This document shows, one piece after another, positions 17,952 through 29,200 of a stretch of 55,392 nucleotides of DNA. Below the pieces are notes generated by a model. It saw only the letters and a list, made by a program, of their open reading frames with translations, had not been told where the DNA came from and ran no database searches. A program made the position numbers and the translations under genes. Positions within the stretch are counted from its first letter, which is position 1. Each line of letters begins with the position of its first letter. Origin of the DNA: a virus (Duplodnaviria > Caudoviricetes); IMG/VR virus record IMGVR_UViG_3300047476_002354, positions 1 through 55,392 of that record, one strand, 5' to 3'.

Positions 17952-18632
17952 TTATTTGCCTAGTTGTTTCATTAAACCAATAATTTTATTAGAAGGGCAT
18001 GCAGTGTTTTCACCAACACCAACATCTGCATGCTGCCCTGTAACACCGATGATCGATCCGTACACAAGAGAATCAGTACCAATAACCATCCCGCCAGATG
18101 CGCCTTCCAAAATGTCAGCATCGATGAATAACACGTCAACCCATGCTTTACTCGGTGCTGCAGGGCCTAATGTCTGGTGAGTGTTTGTAATTCTACCAAC
18201 AGTTGCTGTATCGTGAAAACCTTCTGGAGAACCTATAACTGCAACAATATCTCCGACTTCTGCTTGGTCTGAATTTGCTAAAGCAACAGCTGGAATAATC
18301 TTAGCTACTGGTTTGCATAAGATTATTCCAGCGTCAACATTAGGATCAGAAATTTGCATCTGTGCTGGGTACATTGTTCTACCATCAAATGAAACTTTAA
18401 TCTGATGCGGCTTCTTTTCTAACTCAGGTGGAACTACGTGAGAAGCTGTGGCAATATAACCATCACCAAGATGAAATCCACTTCCTGTCCAACTTGAGTC
18501 AGCATCATCCACAAAAATAGTGCAAGAAGATTGAATAGCGGTTTGAATTAACTTCTTAACCGGGTCGTCAATCTTCTGCCCTAATTTTAATCTCCATTCT
18601 AACTCAGTGGTATTAAATTTAAACAAACTCAT
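17952..18632 (-). CDS. Trypsin-like serine protease (S1, HtrA-like, no PDZ domain)
   Basis: GSGF, TASHVV (His), DAGII (Asp), EGASGG (Ser); VGDIVAVIGSPEG. Confidence 0.9.
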   Translation of the reverse strand: MSLFKFNTTELEWRLKLGQKIDDPVKKLIQTAIQSSCTIFVDDADSSWTGSGFHLGDGYIATASHVVPPELEKKPHQIKVSFDGRTMYPAQMQISDPNVDAGIILCKPVAKIIPAVALANSDQAEVGDIVAVIGSPEGFHDTATVGRITNTHQTLGPAAPSKAWVDVLFIDADILEGASGGMVIGTDSLVYGSIIGVTGQHADVGVGENTACPSNKIIGLMKQLGK

Positions 18633-19093
18633 CTATAAATGACCTTATATATAATGTCTTTCTCTTCTATCGTTCCAAATCTTCTTGAATCGTCGGAGTT
18701 ATTCTTATTATCCCCTAAAAGAAAATATTGACCTTTAGGTATTTTACAATCAATAACCATGCATCTACTGTCTACAAGAAAAAATATCAATTCAGGGTGG
18801 CTTAAATCCTGAATCATTTTAGGTTCAGAAAAACCAGGTTCTAATATAACTTGATAATATTCTCCTGGAAGATATGCCACTCTTTTAATTATAGTTTCTC
18901 TTGCATCATTATATGCAACAACAATATCTCCACGCTCAATCTTATCAACTTTTTTGGCCAAAACTAACTGATGAGATTTCAATGCTGGGTACATTGAATT
19001 TCCAACAACCATAATAACTTTGTATGGATTAAAATACAAAACTATTATTAAAGCCAAACCTATTAATAATTTTAATAAATTTTTATTTCTCAT
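18629..19093 (-). CDS. Signal peptidase I (S26)
   Basis: Single N-terminal TM helix, GNSMYP (Ser), IIKRV (Lys), GDNKNNSDDSRRFG; AGGAGG RBS. Confidence 0.92.
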   Translation of the reverse strand: MRNKNLLKLLIGLALIIVLYFNPYKVIMVVGNSMYPALKSHQLVLAKKVDKIERGDIVVAYNDARETIIKRVAYLPGEYYQVILEPGFSEPKMIQDLSHPELIFFLVDSRCMVIDCKIPKGQYFLLGDNKNNSDDSRRFGTIEEKDIIYKVIYR

Positions 19094-19155
19094 TGACTCC
19101 TCCTAAGAATAAGAGAGAGATGAGGTTTCTTTTTTTATTTTGGCCTAAGCTCTTT

Positions 19156-20148
19156 TTAAATTAATTTTTCTTGTAATCTTGCTTCTTCTTCTGGGGTCAT
19201 AGGAACTTGAACTACCACATTTTTATATTTTGAAGGATCAATGTTTATAAAATTTGGTACTCCGTATTCATAACCATCAGCTGTTTTCATCGGGTTTTCT
19301 AAAAGCAAGTTGTTAAGTGCTTTAATCATATCAACATACCCTTTGATCAATTCTACACCAGGATTTGATCTCGAATATGATAACAATAAAGCACAAATTC
19401 CAGTTATAAATGGAGACGCTTGGCTTGTACCAGACATTGTTGCGTATCCATTGTTAAAGTGCGTTGAATAAATATCAACACCAGGCGCAGCGACAGTAAT
19501 TCTTTGACCACGAGATGAAAAATTAGCTATTTTGCCGTTTTTATCCATAGCAGCTACAGCAATAACTTCATCATATTTAGCTGGGTAGCATACATCTCCA
19601 CCATCATTTCCAGCTGCTGCAACTATAATCATTCCCTTATTAGTGGCTTCTTTAATTGCATCATGAATTTCTTGTGGGGGTTGTGATGGACTTCCTAGTG
19701 ATAAATTTAAAATATCACAATTAGCATCAATAGCAGCTCTGATACCTTTTGCAATACTTTCATAAGAGCCAGAGCCATCCCTATTTAATACCTTAATCGG
19801 AAGGATAGTACATTCTGGTGCTACACCAACAATACCTTGGCCATCTTCTCTAGCACCAATTATGCCAGAGACGTGTATTCCATGACCACTTCCGTGATCA
19901 ATAAAAGTGTCTTCACTTGTACAATTTAAACCAGTTCCCCAAGATTTACCCTGAGGCAAATCTTTATGGTCAACCATACCAGTGTCCAAAACACCAACTA
20001 AAACACCAGCGCCCTTTGATAATTTCCAATACTTTTCAATATTGCACATTACTAAGCCCCAGCCAGTATTGTCGCCTATTGAAAAACCCATTGGAGCTAT
20101 CTTGTACTCAAGCTCTTCTTTAGGAATGAATTGTATATTTTCTGACAT
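19156..20148 (-). CDS. Subtilisin-family serine protease (S8), no signal peptide
   Basis: VLDTG (Asp), HGIHVSG (His), AAAGND (oxyanion Asn), SGTSQASP (Ser). Confidence 0.95.
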   Translation of the reverse strand: MSENIQFIPKEELEYKIAPMGFSIGDNTGWGLVMCNIEKYWKLSKGAGVLVGVLDTGMVDHKDLPQGKSWGTGLNCTSEDTFIDHGSGHGIHVSGIIGAREDGQGIVGVAPECTILPIKVLNRDGSGSYESIAKGIRAAIDANCDILNLSLGSPSQPPQEIHDAIKEATNKGMIIVAAAGNDGGDVCYPAKYDEVIAVAAMDKNGKIANFSSRGQRITVAAPGVDIYSTHFNNGYATMSGTSQASPFITGICALLLSYSRSNPGVELIKGYVDMIKALNNLLLENPMKTADGYEYGVPNFINIDPSKYKNVVVQVPMTPEEEARLQEKLI

Positions 20149-20178
20149 ATTTTTTTTCTCCAGATGATACTATTAATA

Positions 20179-20206
20179 TATTCTGATTTGATATATGTCA
20201 ATACCT
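20179..20206 (-). promoter_or_regulatory. Putative phage promoter AGG-N19-AGAATA upstream of the protease cluster
   Basis: Minus strand AGG-tattgacatatatcaaatc-AGAATA; also contains an embedded TTGACA. Confidence 0.5.
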
Positions 20207-20207
20207 A

Positions 20208-23200
20208 TCACAAAATTTGAACATCTACTGAACGAACAGCTAATCCAGTGTCAACTCCATCAGACGGTGTTATAAGAACTGAAATTATACTGCCTGATTT
20301 AACGTATTCGCTTGATAAGGTGACCGTAGGACTTTCTATTGATAATGGCTTATCTTTATCCAGCCATTGTATTGATGAACGATTATTTACAGTAGTAGGT
20401 GAGCCAGATTCTCCATTGTAATAATCATAAGACGCTATTATTGAAGCTCCTGATGACATTGTATATGTTCCAGTAATTGAATCAAGTATTATTGAATTAT
20501 TAGGATCATTTGAAGCTAAAACTAAGTTAGAGATATATGGTGCAGAATTGTCGTTCAATATTACACTTCTTGAAGTTACTCCCACTCCAGTTTTAAATCC
20601 ATCTGAAGGTGAAACAACAGCAAAAACTACATCTCCAGCCAAGAACACATCATCATTTCCTGATAAATCAGCAATTCTTTCTACAGTCCTATTTCTGTAG
20701 TTTGGTAAAGAGTTTGATGAATGGACCTCAGTAGTTGTACCTACGCCCAATACTTCTCTATACCTATACCATTTAGTTTGAGTTTTTTGCTCTCTATTAC
20801 CGTCTGGTGAGTAAAAATCATAATTCAAAGTCATTCTTTCATTAATTGAAATTGAAGACCCAACTGAGCTCGTAGATGTAATTTGAGGAACAGATAATAA
20901 GTATGGTTGTGTTGTATTTACAAATGATGAAAAAACATCTGCGTTTTTCACAGTTGAGTATTGTAATGCATATCCATAAATATTAGTGACTGCTTGGTCG
21001 TACTCTTTAATCTCAACGCCAATTCTAAACTTATTTGATGGTAGTACAAATATAGTGACTGTATCTGTTCTTTCAAGTTCGTTATAGAAAGTAACAGCTC
21101 CATCTTCTCTATCCAAAAAGTAATCACCACGAGTTATAGAACCATTGATTAAAATTACTACCTGGCTATCAAAAGGCCACCTTCCATTAACTGCAAAATA
21201 AGTTTTATTATCAATCGTAAAAGTTGGCTCTCCATAATAATTTGATTGCCTTTCAGGATAAGTAATTTTAACAGGAGTAGTTATAAGAACTGGTATTTCA
21301 AAAGATATTGTTCCATTTATAAAATTAGTTTTATAATTTTTGGGATCTATTTCTGTTTTTCCGTCAGCTTCATAGACTGTAATTATTGCGTCACTTCTCC
21401 AATTTTTGAAAACCAGACCATTGTAATAGGTTTGAAGGACTTGAGGAATTAAAGGCTCGTTTAAATCATTTACACCTGAAATATCGATCAAGGTTAAACC
21501 AGTAGATGTAGAATACACAACTTCGTCAGTATATTGAAAAGTTACTTGACGGTTACTCAAACAAGCATTTCTGTTTGTTGTTATTAACTCGTAATCTTCC
21601 CAGTCATGACTATCCCCTCTACAAATACCCCATTGCATCTTTGCATTTTCAGGTAAAGAGACATTAGTTGTTAAATTGTACTCAAAGATACTACCCTTTA
21701 TGTCATATGGCTGTGTAATCATAGTCTTTACAGCTGGTGTGGTTACGACATGATAAAGTGATGTGACTTCAGGTCTTATTACAGCAGATCCGGACCATCC
21801 TTCAAGCATTGATATTGAATATTCAATATTGGTCACTTCTTTTTTAAATGTATATCCAGTTCCACTAATGAGTGTTATCCAAGATGAATAATTTTGTCGA
21901 TCATTTGCCCATCTAAACCTAACTGAGACAGTAGAACCAGATGCTGCAGAAAAATCACCATAAATACTCTTAATGTAAGTTGGTTCATCATATTCTATAG
22001 TTCTCGACCATGAAGCATTAAAAACATCATTTGATTGACCTTGCAAAAAAGAGCCTAATGAATTTTCAAGATCCCCATTATCTTCACCATTTAAAATGTC
22101 AAAATGCTTGCCGTTGGTGTTTACAGATAATTTTTGTAGATTTATAGGATCATGAGCTCTACCAAAACCAAATGTATTTATATTTACACCACTATCATTC
22201 CAAGCAGCATTAGCGGCTGAAATAACATCTTCACTTAAATCAGTGGAAATGTTATCACCATCAGCAAATACAAATGATAAAGGCTTGTATGTTTCAGACC
22301 ATTGTCTAATAAGTTCAGTTCTTGCGGTGTCTGAATTTTTTATATCTGATGCTGTTCCATCCCAGTCTTGCCTTAAGTATACGTTTAATACATCACCTGA
22401 AGTCATGCCGAATCCTGAACTAAACACCAGTCTGCCCAAAGAAGGCGTTACTGTGTAGTTGCTTGTTCTGATTGTTCCACTTACATTAACTTCAACATTA
22501 GGATAATCAGATGAACTCCAAGTATATGTGCCTCCTGTGCTTGATTTTGAAAGGTATATAGTCAAGCTTGTATTTGATGTTCCAGACCAACGCACAAGGC
22601 CAATTTGTTTTTTACTTGAATTGGAATACCAAGTTCTTAAATCATTTAATCTTAATGAATTAATTTGAGATAAATAAGATACAACTTTATTTACTCGTGA
22701 AATATTATTAATCTCATCATCAGTTTTTAATATTGCTTCTGAAATAGATTGTGGCGACAGGCCAACTACAGAAATACCAACCGTCTCAAGTAACTCGCTT
22801 TTTGTACCTTTTTGTTTTAAAGATAATATGTTTTTATCAAATAAAGCAGTCGTGTTGGTATATCCTGTTCCAGTTTTTTGCTGAATAGAAGTTCCATACT
22901 GCCAAAAGTCAAAATATGTTGTGTCTAAATTGCTGCTCAAACTAGATACATATTTTCTAGTACGATTTGACAGAGTACTAAAGAAATCTTTTATTGTAAG
23001 CTCGTATTGTGTGCTTCCAATTGATGATTTTATAGAAGAACTATCATCAAACACCATAGAAGTAGCAAATTTTATATCAGTAGTTAAGGAACCATTGTCC
23101 TTCACTATGACGCCAGAACTTGTTCCAAGATTCCAATAACTTGTAGTTGTGCCAGATGCAGTGTAAGTACCTACAGGTACAATTGTGTCGGTTGGAGTCA

Positions 23201-26200
23201 AAGGATTGACAAAATATACTTTAAAGAATATATCTATATCAGGTGACAACTGTGCGTAACTCCATGCACTTGCAAAAGACCAGGATTTCCCATCAGCGTA
23301 TGGATTGTATCTGCTTGATTTTGTCCATTGCATCAGCTGTATTCCACCTGATGTAACTTCTTCGCTTACTACAAACGCAATAGTTGAACCAATAGATGTT
23401 GAGTAATTAAAATCAAAATTAACAAATGTACTTGAAGTTATATCCACTGGATTATATACAGTTGAACTAGTGGCTACAATACTTAACGGAATACCATCTG
23501 AATTCACAGAGTATAAGTATCCTCTCACAGTGTTATTGGCAAAAGAAGTTTGGTATCTAACATCTGATGACAAAAAAGTTTTGACTTCTAAATGTGCTGC
23601 AGCCTTTTGTAGAAGAGTTTGTCCTGTACCTACAATGAAAGATTGACCTATTTTTCCACCAAGCGTAATACCTTCTCCAAAGTCTAAGTGATTATTTGGT
23701 CTTCCAGTAAAGCTTACGACTGAACCAATTTCCTCCGTTTCAAATCCAGGGTCGAACCAAGTATCACCGCTATCAATGCTATACCAAAGACCAAATTCTG
23801 TTGCTGCAAGTAAGACTTGATCTCCTGTTCCAGAACTTGTAAATACTTTTAAATCATAAACAGCAGTTAAACCACCATTGATTCTCTCGCATTTCTCAAA
23901 TGTGTTTCCTTCATCTAAAGATCTATAAACCCCATTGTTTGTGCCAATATAAATTTTAGATTTGCCTGGTGCTGAACCACCCGGAGATGCTTCAGTATCT
24001 AAAGCAAAGCAATTGCATGACAGCCCTTCCAAATAACGATTTTCAATAACGAAATCTGGTGTATTAGCATCTGCAGGGTCAAGCCAACGCCAGTTTCTTA
24101 CTTTAAGTAAACCATTGTTTGTTAAGATAAACATCGGTACTGGAGCTTTTGTTGCAGGGGGTGTAGCTAAAGGTCTGAATATTTTATAGTATTTATATCC
24201 ATTAACTTTTCCACCAAAAACTTCTCTTCCAGTCAAGAAAGCAGTTAGTTGTGTATTTGCGCTTGCTCCGTTTGTAACTGCAAATAAACCGTTTTCAGCA
24301 CAAACATACAATGCATCAGTTTCTGTCTGTTTTGCGTTTCCCTGACTGTCGGTAGTAATTTTTATAAACTTGTCTTTGTAAAGCCCGTTAACTCTAAACT
24401 TATCTACCAAAGTTACGTGATCTGATTGAAATTGAGTTGCTCCATTTGGAATCCATACAAATGAAACTCCATCTTCTTTGGCATAAGCTTCAAAAGTTCC
24501 ATCGAACCAAGCTCCATTTAAATAATCAAATTGTGCTTGCGTAAATGATGGATTTAATGTGTAAATATCGTCAGATGTGCTACCAGTCCAAAGTCCAGCA
24601 TCAGTTCCAATATTGATAGTATTTGTAGTGTTATTCTTGATGTAATAAACTCTTGAAGCACTTCCCAAATGGCTAACCACATCATAATGATTGAAATACT
24701 TCCATAGGCCTCTGTCCGTTCCTATGTACATATTCTCCCCTAATGATGATGGGTTGTAAATTACATAAGATGCTACAGGAGCATCTGCTCTGTCATCGAC
24801 AGAGGGAACCAATCCAATGAAATCAGTATTTGATGTTGCTTCATTATCAAAGTTGTCATCATCTATATCATTAGTAAATATTAAATTTTTGAGCCCAGTT
24901 TCCTTTTCTATAGATTTATTTGAAACAGTAGGGTAAGGATCAAAATAAGTTTGATCTCCATTTCCCAATCTCAAAACAATGTCAGATGTATTCGAAACAT
25001 TTAAGGAGTTAAAATTATAAGCTTGGTTAGTTTGTTTTTTAGAAATATAATCTTGTATGCCTAAATATTTTTTTGTTCTTACAGCATATACTTCTGTGTT
25101 AACCGGAAATGTATATGCACTGGCTCTTGGAATTATATTGTTAGTGTAAATTTTAGTTTTGTCATCATAAACAATATTAACAATACACTGCTCTGATATT
25201 ACAGGGTTAGATTTTGGAACTTTGAATTGTAAAATTGTTAAAGATGTTTCAGCTATTGGCTGTTTTGTAAAGAAAACTGTTTCAGACGGTGCATTAGCCT
25301 TGCTTAAAGTAGTTATCGGCAAGCTATCTGAAACTAAGTCTCTTACCACTTCTTCATGATAAGTTTCACCAGTATTAAATAAAAAGGCACCTTCTCTGAT
25401 GATTGTTATAAAAACATCATTAATTTGAGCTGCTTTTAGGCTAGAAGTAAACTCTATTTTACCCAGTTCAGGAGCTAAAATATATGGAATAGTGCTTGGC
25501 TTTTTGCCTATGTATACAATAACTTTAGCGTTTGTAGAAGACCAAGGTTTTACATAAAATATTCTATAATCTCTTTCAAAAGTAAAACTCTTTCCATAAC
25601 TTGCAGCTGCATTAAGTTTTATTAATTGATACTGATAATACTTATTAAAATTATATTCTTGAACAGAATCTTGAGCATTAAAAATAGAAACTTCATCACT
25701 ATTTCTAAAAGCATCGTAGGCTCTTGTCCATGGATGATTTGTTTCTGGATTTACATATGTTTCATTCCAAACAAAATCTGTCGAAACATATACACCACGA
25801 TTTGTACCTGCATATATATATCCAAGACCAGAGTTACTAGCAGCTACAGAATAAACTGTATTAACTTCGCCTTGCAATGTAGAGTCCCAATATAAATTGC
25901 GAGATTGTGGATTAATTCCAGGACCAGTTGTGTCGGTAGCTAAGCCTACACCTTTTGTATGCCCGATAATATAATCATTTGAGTTTGCATAATTTCTGAA
26001 AGCGATAGAAGTGATAGTTCCACCTAAGCCAGAAGCAGAAAAAAGCTTGTATTTTGTGATATAAAAATTTAGTTCAGAAGTTCCTAGTGTTATGGTTCCA
26101 GAGTTTTTATCAACAAACCAGATGCTATCAGAATTCTTTGTGCCATTTACGACTGAAACATTTTCTCCAGCAACAGTACCAGATATTCCAGATCTTGAAA

Positions 26201-29200
26201 GCGCCCAGTTTGTTGTAGAGTTTCCTAAAGTAGAAACATAATAGACACCATTATGTGCAGAATTTGGCTGATTTTTAACTAAAACACTTTGTCCTGTTCC
26301 GGTTGTTGTGTAAGTGTAATCATCTATTGCAAAAGCTGCTTTTGGATAAAGCATTACATAAGATGTAGAGGCAGTTGAAGATCCAGAATACGCAGAATCA
26401 AGATAAATTCTTGAATCACTAAAAATTGAATCAATACTGTACCAAGCGGTTACATCTGCGCCAACTGTAAAACCAATACCAATGCTTACACCAGTTCCAG
26501 CATAGTCTGTAAATTTTGTATTTAAACCACTTACAATTGTACTTCCAGTTGAAACATTTACAAAACCTAATGTTTCTTCATCGTATGGTTTGAATGTAAG
26601 GGTGTGCGGATCGCTAAGTGAGCTGTAAGTGCCTGATAATTTAACTGTTGTTGCTGCCTTAACGGGCTTTGACGTTATAGAACCTGAAAGAGGGTGATTC
26701 CAATAAGTATATGATGTTGTTTCGTCAGACGTCTCAACATATTCAGCAGTATGTGTAATATAAACATCTTGCTCAGTCCACCAGATTAAATCGTTTTTAT
26801 TTATTCCAGTAGATCCATCTTTAATCCAATAAATTCCCCTTACAGGTTGAGCAAAAACTCTATTTAATGAACCTAAACTTCCGTAATATAATCCAGAATT
26901 TCCAATTGAGCCAGAAGCATACACAGTTCTGTCATAAGAAATTTGAGGGGCACTACCTTCGAGTGTTTTTGTTCTTCTAGTGCTAATTTCAGTTACAGAT
27001 GATATAGGCGAAAGCCCAGTTAAAGCTATTCCACTTTCATTGTTTATATTTTTAACTTTAGTCCAAGCCCAATCATTTTCAGTTAATTTGTCTGCAATTT
27101 GAGCTGTATATAATCCGTCATCTGTTCCCATATATGAAAAATATGAGTATTTGTATCCTGTGAATCTACCTGCAGAATTATATATTTCCTCTCTGTCTGT
27201 AGATAGATAAAATGCTGTTGACAAAATCGGGTTAGATAACGAAGTATCAATTGGATTCTTTACAACAGTCCAGTTGTCTCCAAAATCTGAAGAAGTCCAA
27301 ACTCTTCCTTCCTTTGTTAGTGCATAAGTTGTTTTGAAATAATTAAATGACTCTGGGTGTAAAATGTTATCAATAAAATATGAAACACGGCCTTTATCAA
27401 TGTTCCAACCAGTTTGATATGTTCCACTTGAAAAATCAGTAGATGATATAAGCCCTCTTTTGTTTCCAACTAAATATTTACCAGCATCGACGTTTAAAGA
27501 TTTGTTTATGTGATAGATTTCTGAAATATTTTGTAAATCTGAATTTGGAATTTCAGGATAAAAAAATGTATGATTACCTTCAGCAAATAATCTTAATGAA
27601 GGTACTAAAGAAGCTTGGTTTTTATATCTATTTATTCCAATGTGATCTAAATTAACAATTCTTTTTTGATCAAGAGTGCCAGCGTTAAAAGATGCTGCGT
27701 CTACATCTTTAAGTCTTGAGCCTGCTAATTTGCCCTCAATTTGTATTCCTACTTTTTCAACAACTACATAAAGATTAGCATACGTAAAAGCTTCAATATC
27801 AGGCAAGCTTGATTTTATTATTAATTCACCTGCAAATGGGTTTATTTCATAATAATCTTCATCAACTAATATGCCATTTATATAAACCCTGGCTGGTATA
27901 TAATCAGTATTAGACCATACAAATAAATTATAATATATAGTTGTTGTATTTGTGTTTGCATCAGTAATTGAAGTTGTTGTACCATCAGTAAGGAAAATAC
28001 TTGCCCCTGCCACCAAAGAACCTGAAAGTAATGAACCATAACTTTTATTTGTTTCACTTAATGAGATTGGCAAAAGTTTCTTCTGTGGAGATTTTGGAAG
28101 ATAAATTTGAAGCCTGTCAGAAGAATCAAGATTGTTTTTTAATGAAATAGTTGATGATGACAGGTTAAGATTATATAGAGAAGAATCTAATTTTACATCA
28201 TTCAATCTTACTTCTGGTAAGCCAAAATATCCAATTGTAGTTGCAGTACCTGATGTTGGAACTGGGTTAAAATTTGGGTTACTTTGAATCTTAAAAATAT
28301 TCGAAGCATAATTAAGTTGATTATTTGAATCAAGAGGTAAAGCGTCCAACACAACTCTCGATGAGAGATCGATTTTTGATGGATTTCCTTCTGTTCCTGA
28401 GTGAACATGCTTGTAAAATGCTTTTCTTAATGCTTGTTGAAACTGGCCTGAAAGATTTTTAACTTCGTTTCTACTATCAGAATAAGTAACTTCATCAATT
28501 ACATAAACATTTTGTGTGATTGAATAATCTGTGTCTACTCTATTAGTTGTAGAAGCTTCTGCTAAATAAATCGCATCGTTTTGTAAATAATACTCTTCGT
28601 CTGGATTTTGAGGAGAAGTTATTGCACAAATACCCTCTGATTGTAAACAGATACTTGGTTCTGCCCAAACATAATAAGTGTTGAATCCAGTATATCTGAA
28701 GTAATTATACTTTTCAGTTTTTGCTGAAAAAGTACTTACAATACCAGTGCCAGGAGTAACTAATACACATTGCTCAAAAGCGTCAAAGAAAAATAAGTTT
28801 GAAGTGTTTAAAGTAAATGAGGTTTCTGAAGAATCGGCAGTCCAAGTCGCAAGCCATAATGTTTGAGTTGAATTATTGCCACCCTTTACATAAACTAGAA
28901 AATTGTCACTATAATCTGAACTATTATTAAGCTCAGCAGCCCTTACCCAACTTGCTTCATCTTTAACTATGTACACACCATTTTGAGATGGGTCTGTTTG
29001 TAATCTGACAAGAACTCTATCACCATCAACTAAAGACACTCCATCTACAGTTTGAAGATTTGACAAAGTTATGTTTGCATTTGTAGCTACTTCACAATAT
29101 CTTTTATTTGTGGATATTTCACGAGCAAAATTAAGATTGAGATATGATAATCTTTGACCTAATTCGCTTTCATAATTAGTTAAATAAGCATCAATTAGAG

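Noticed and set aside
19094-19155. (GA)n/pyrimidine tract before the signal peptidase RBS as a regulatory hairpin
   Set aside because: Only short, imperfect pairing with the SD can be drawn, which is insufficient without a folding calculation.
20173-20201. Canonical sigma70 promoter using TTGACA (minus strand, 20196-20201)
   Set aside because: At 17-nt spacing the -10 would be TATTAA, which lacks the final T. It is possible, but the shared AGG/AGAATA motif explains the site better.
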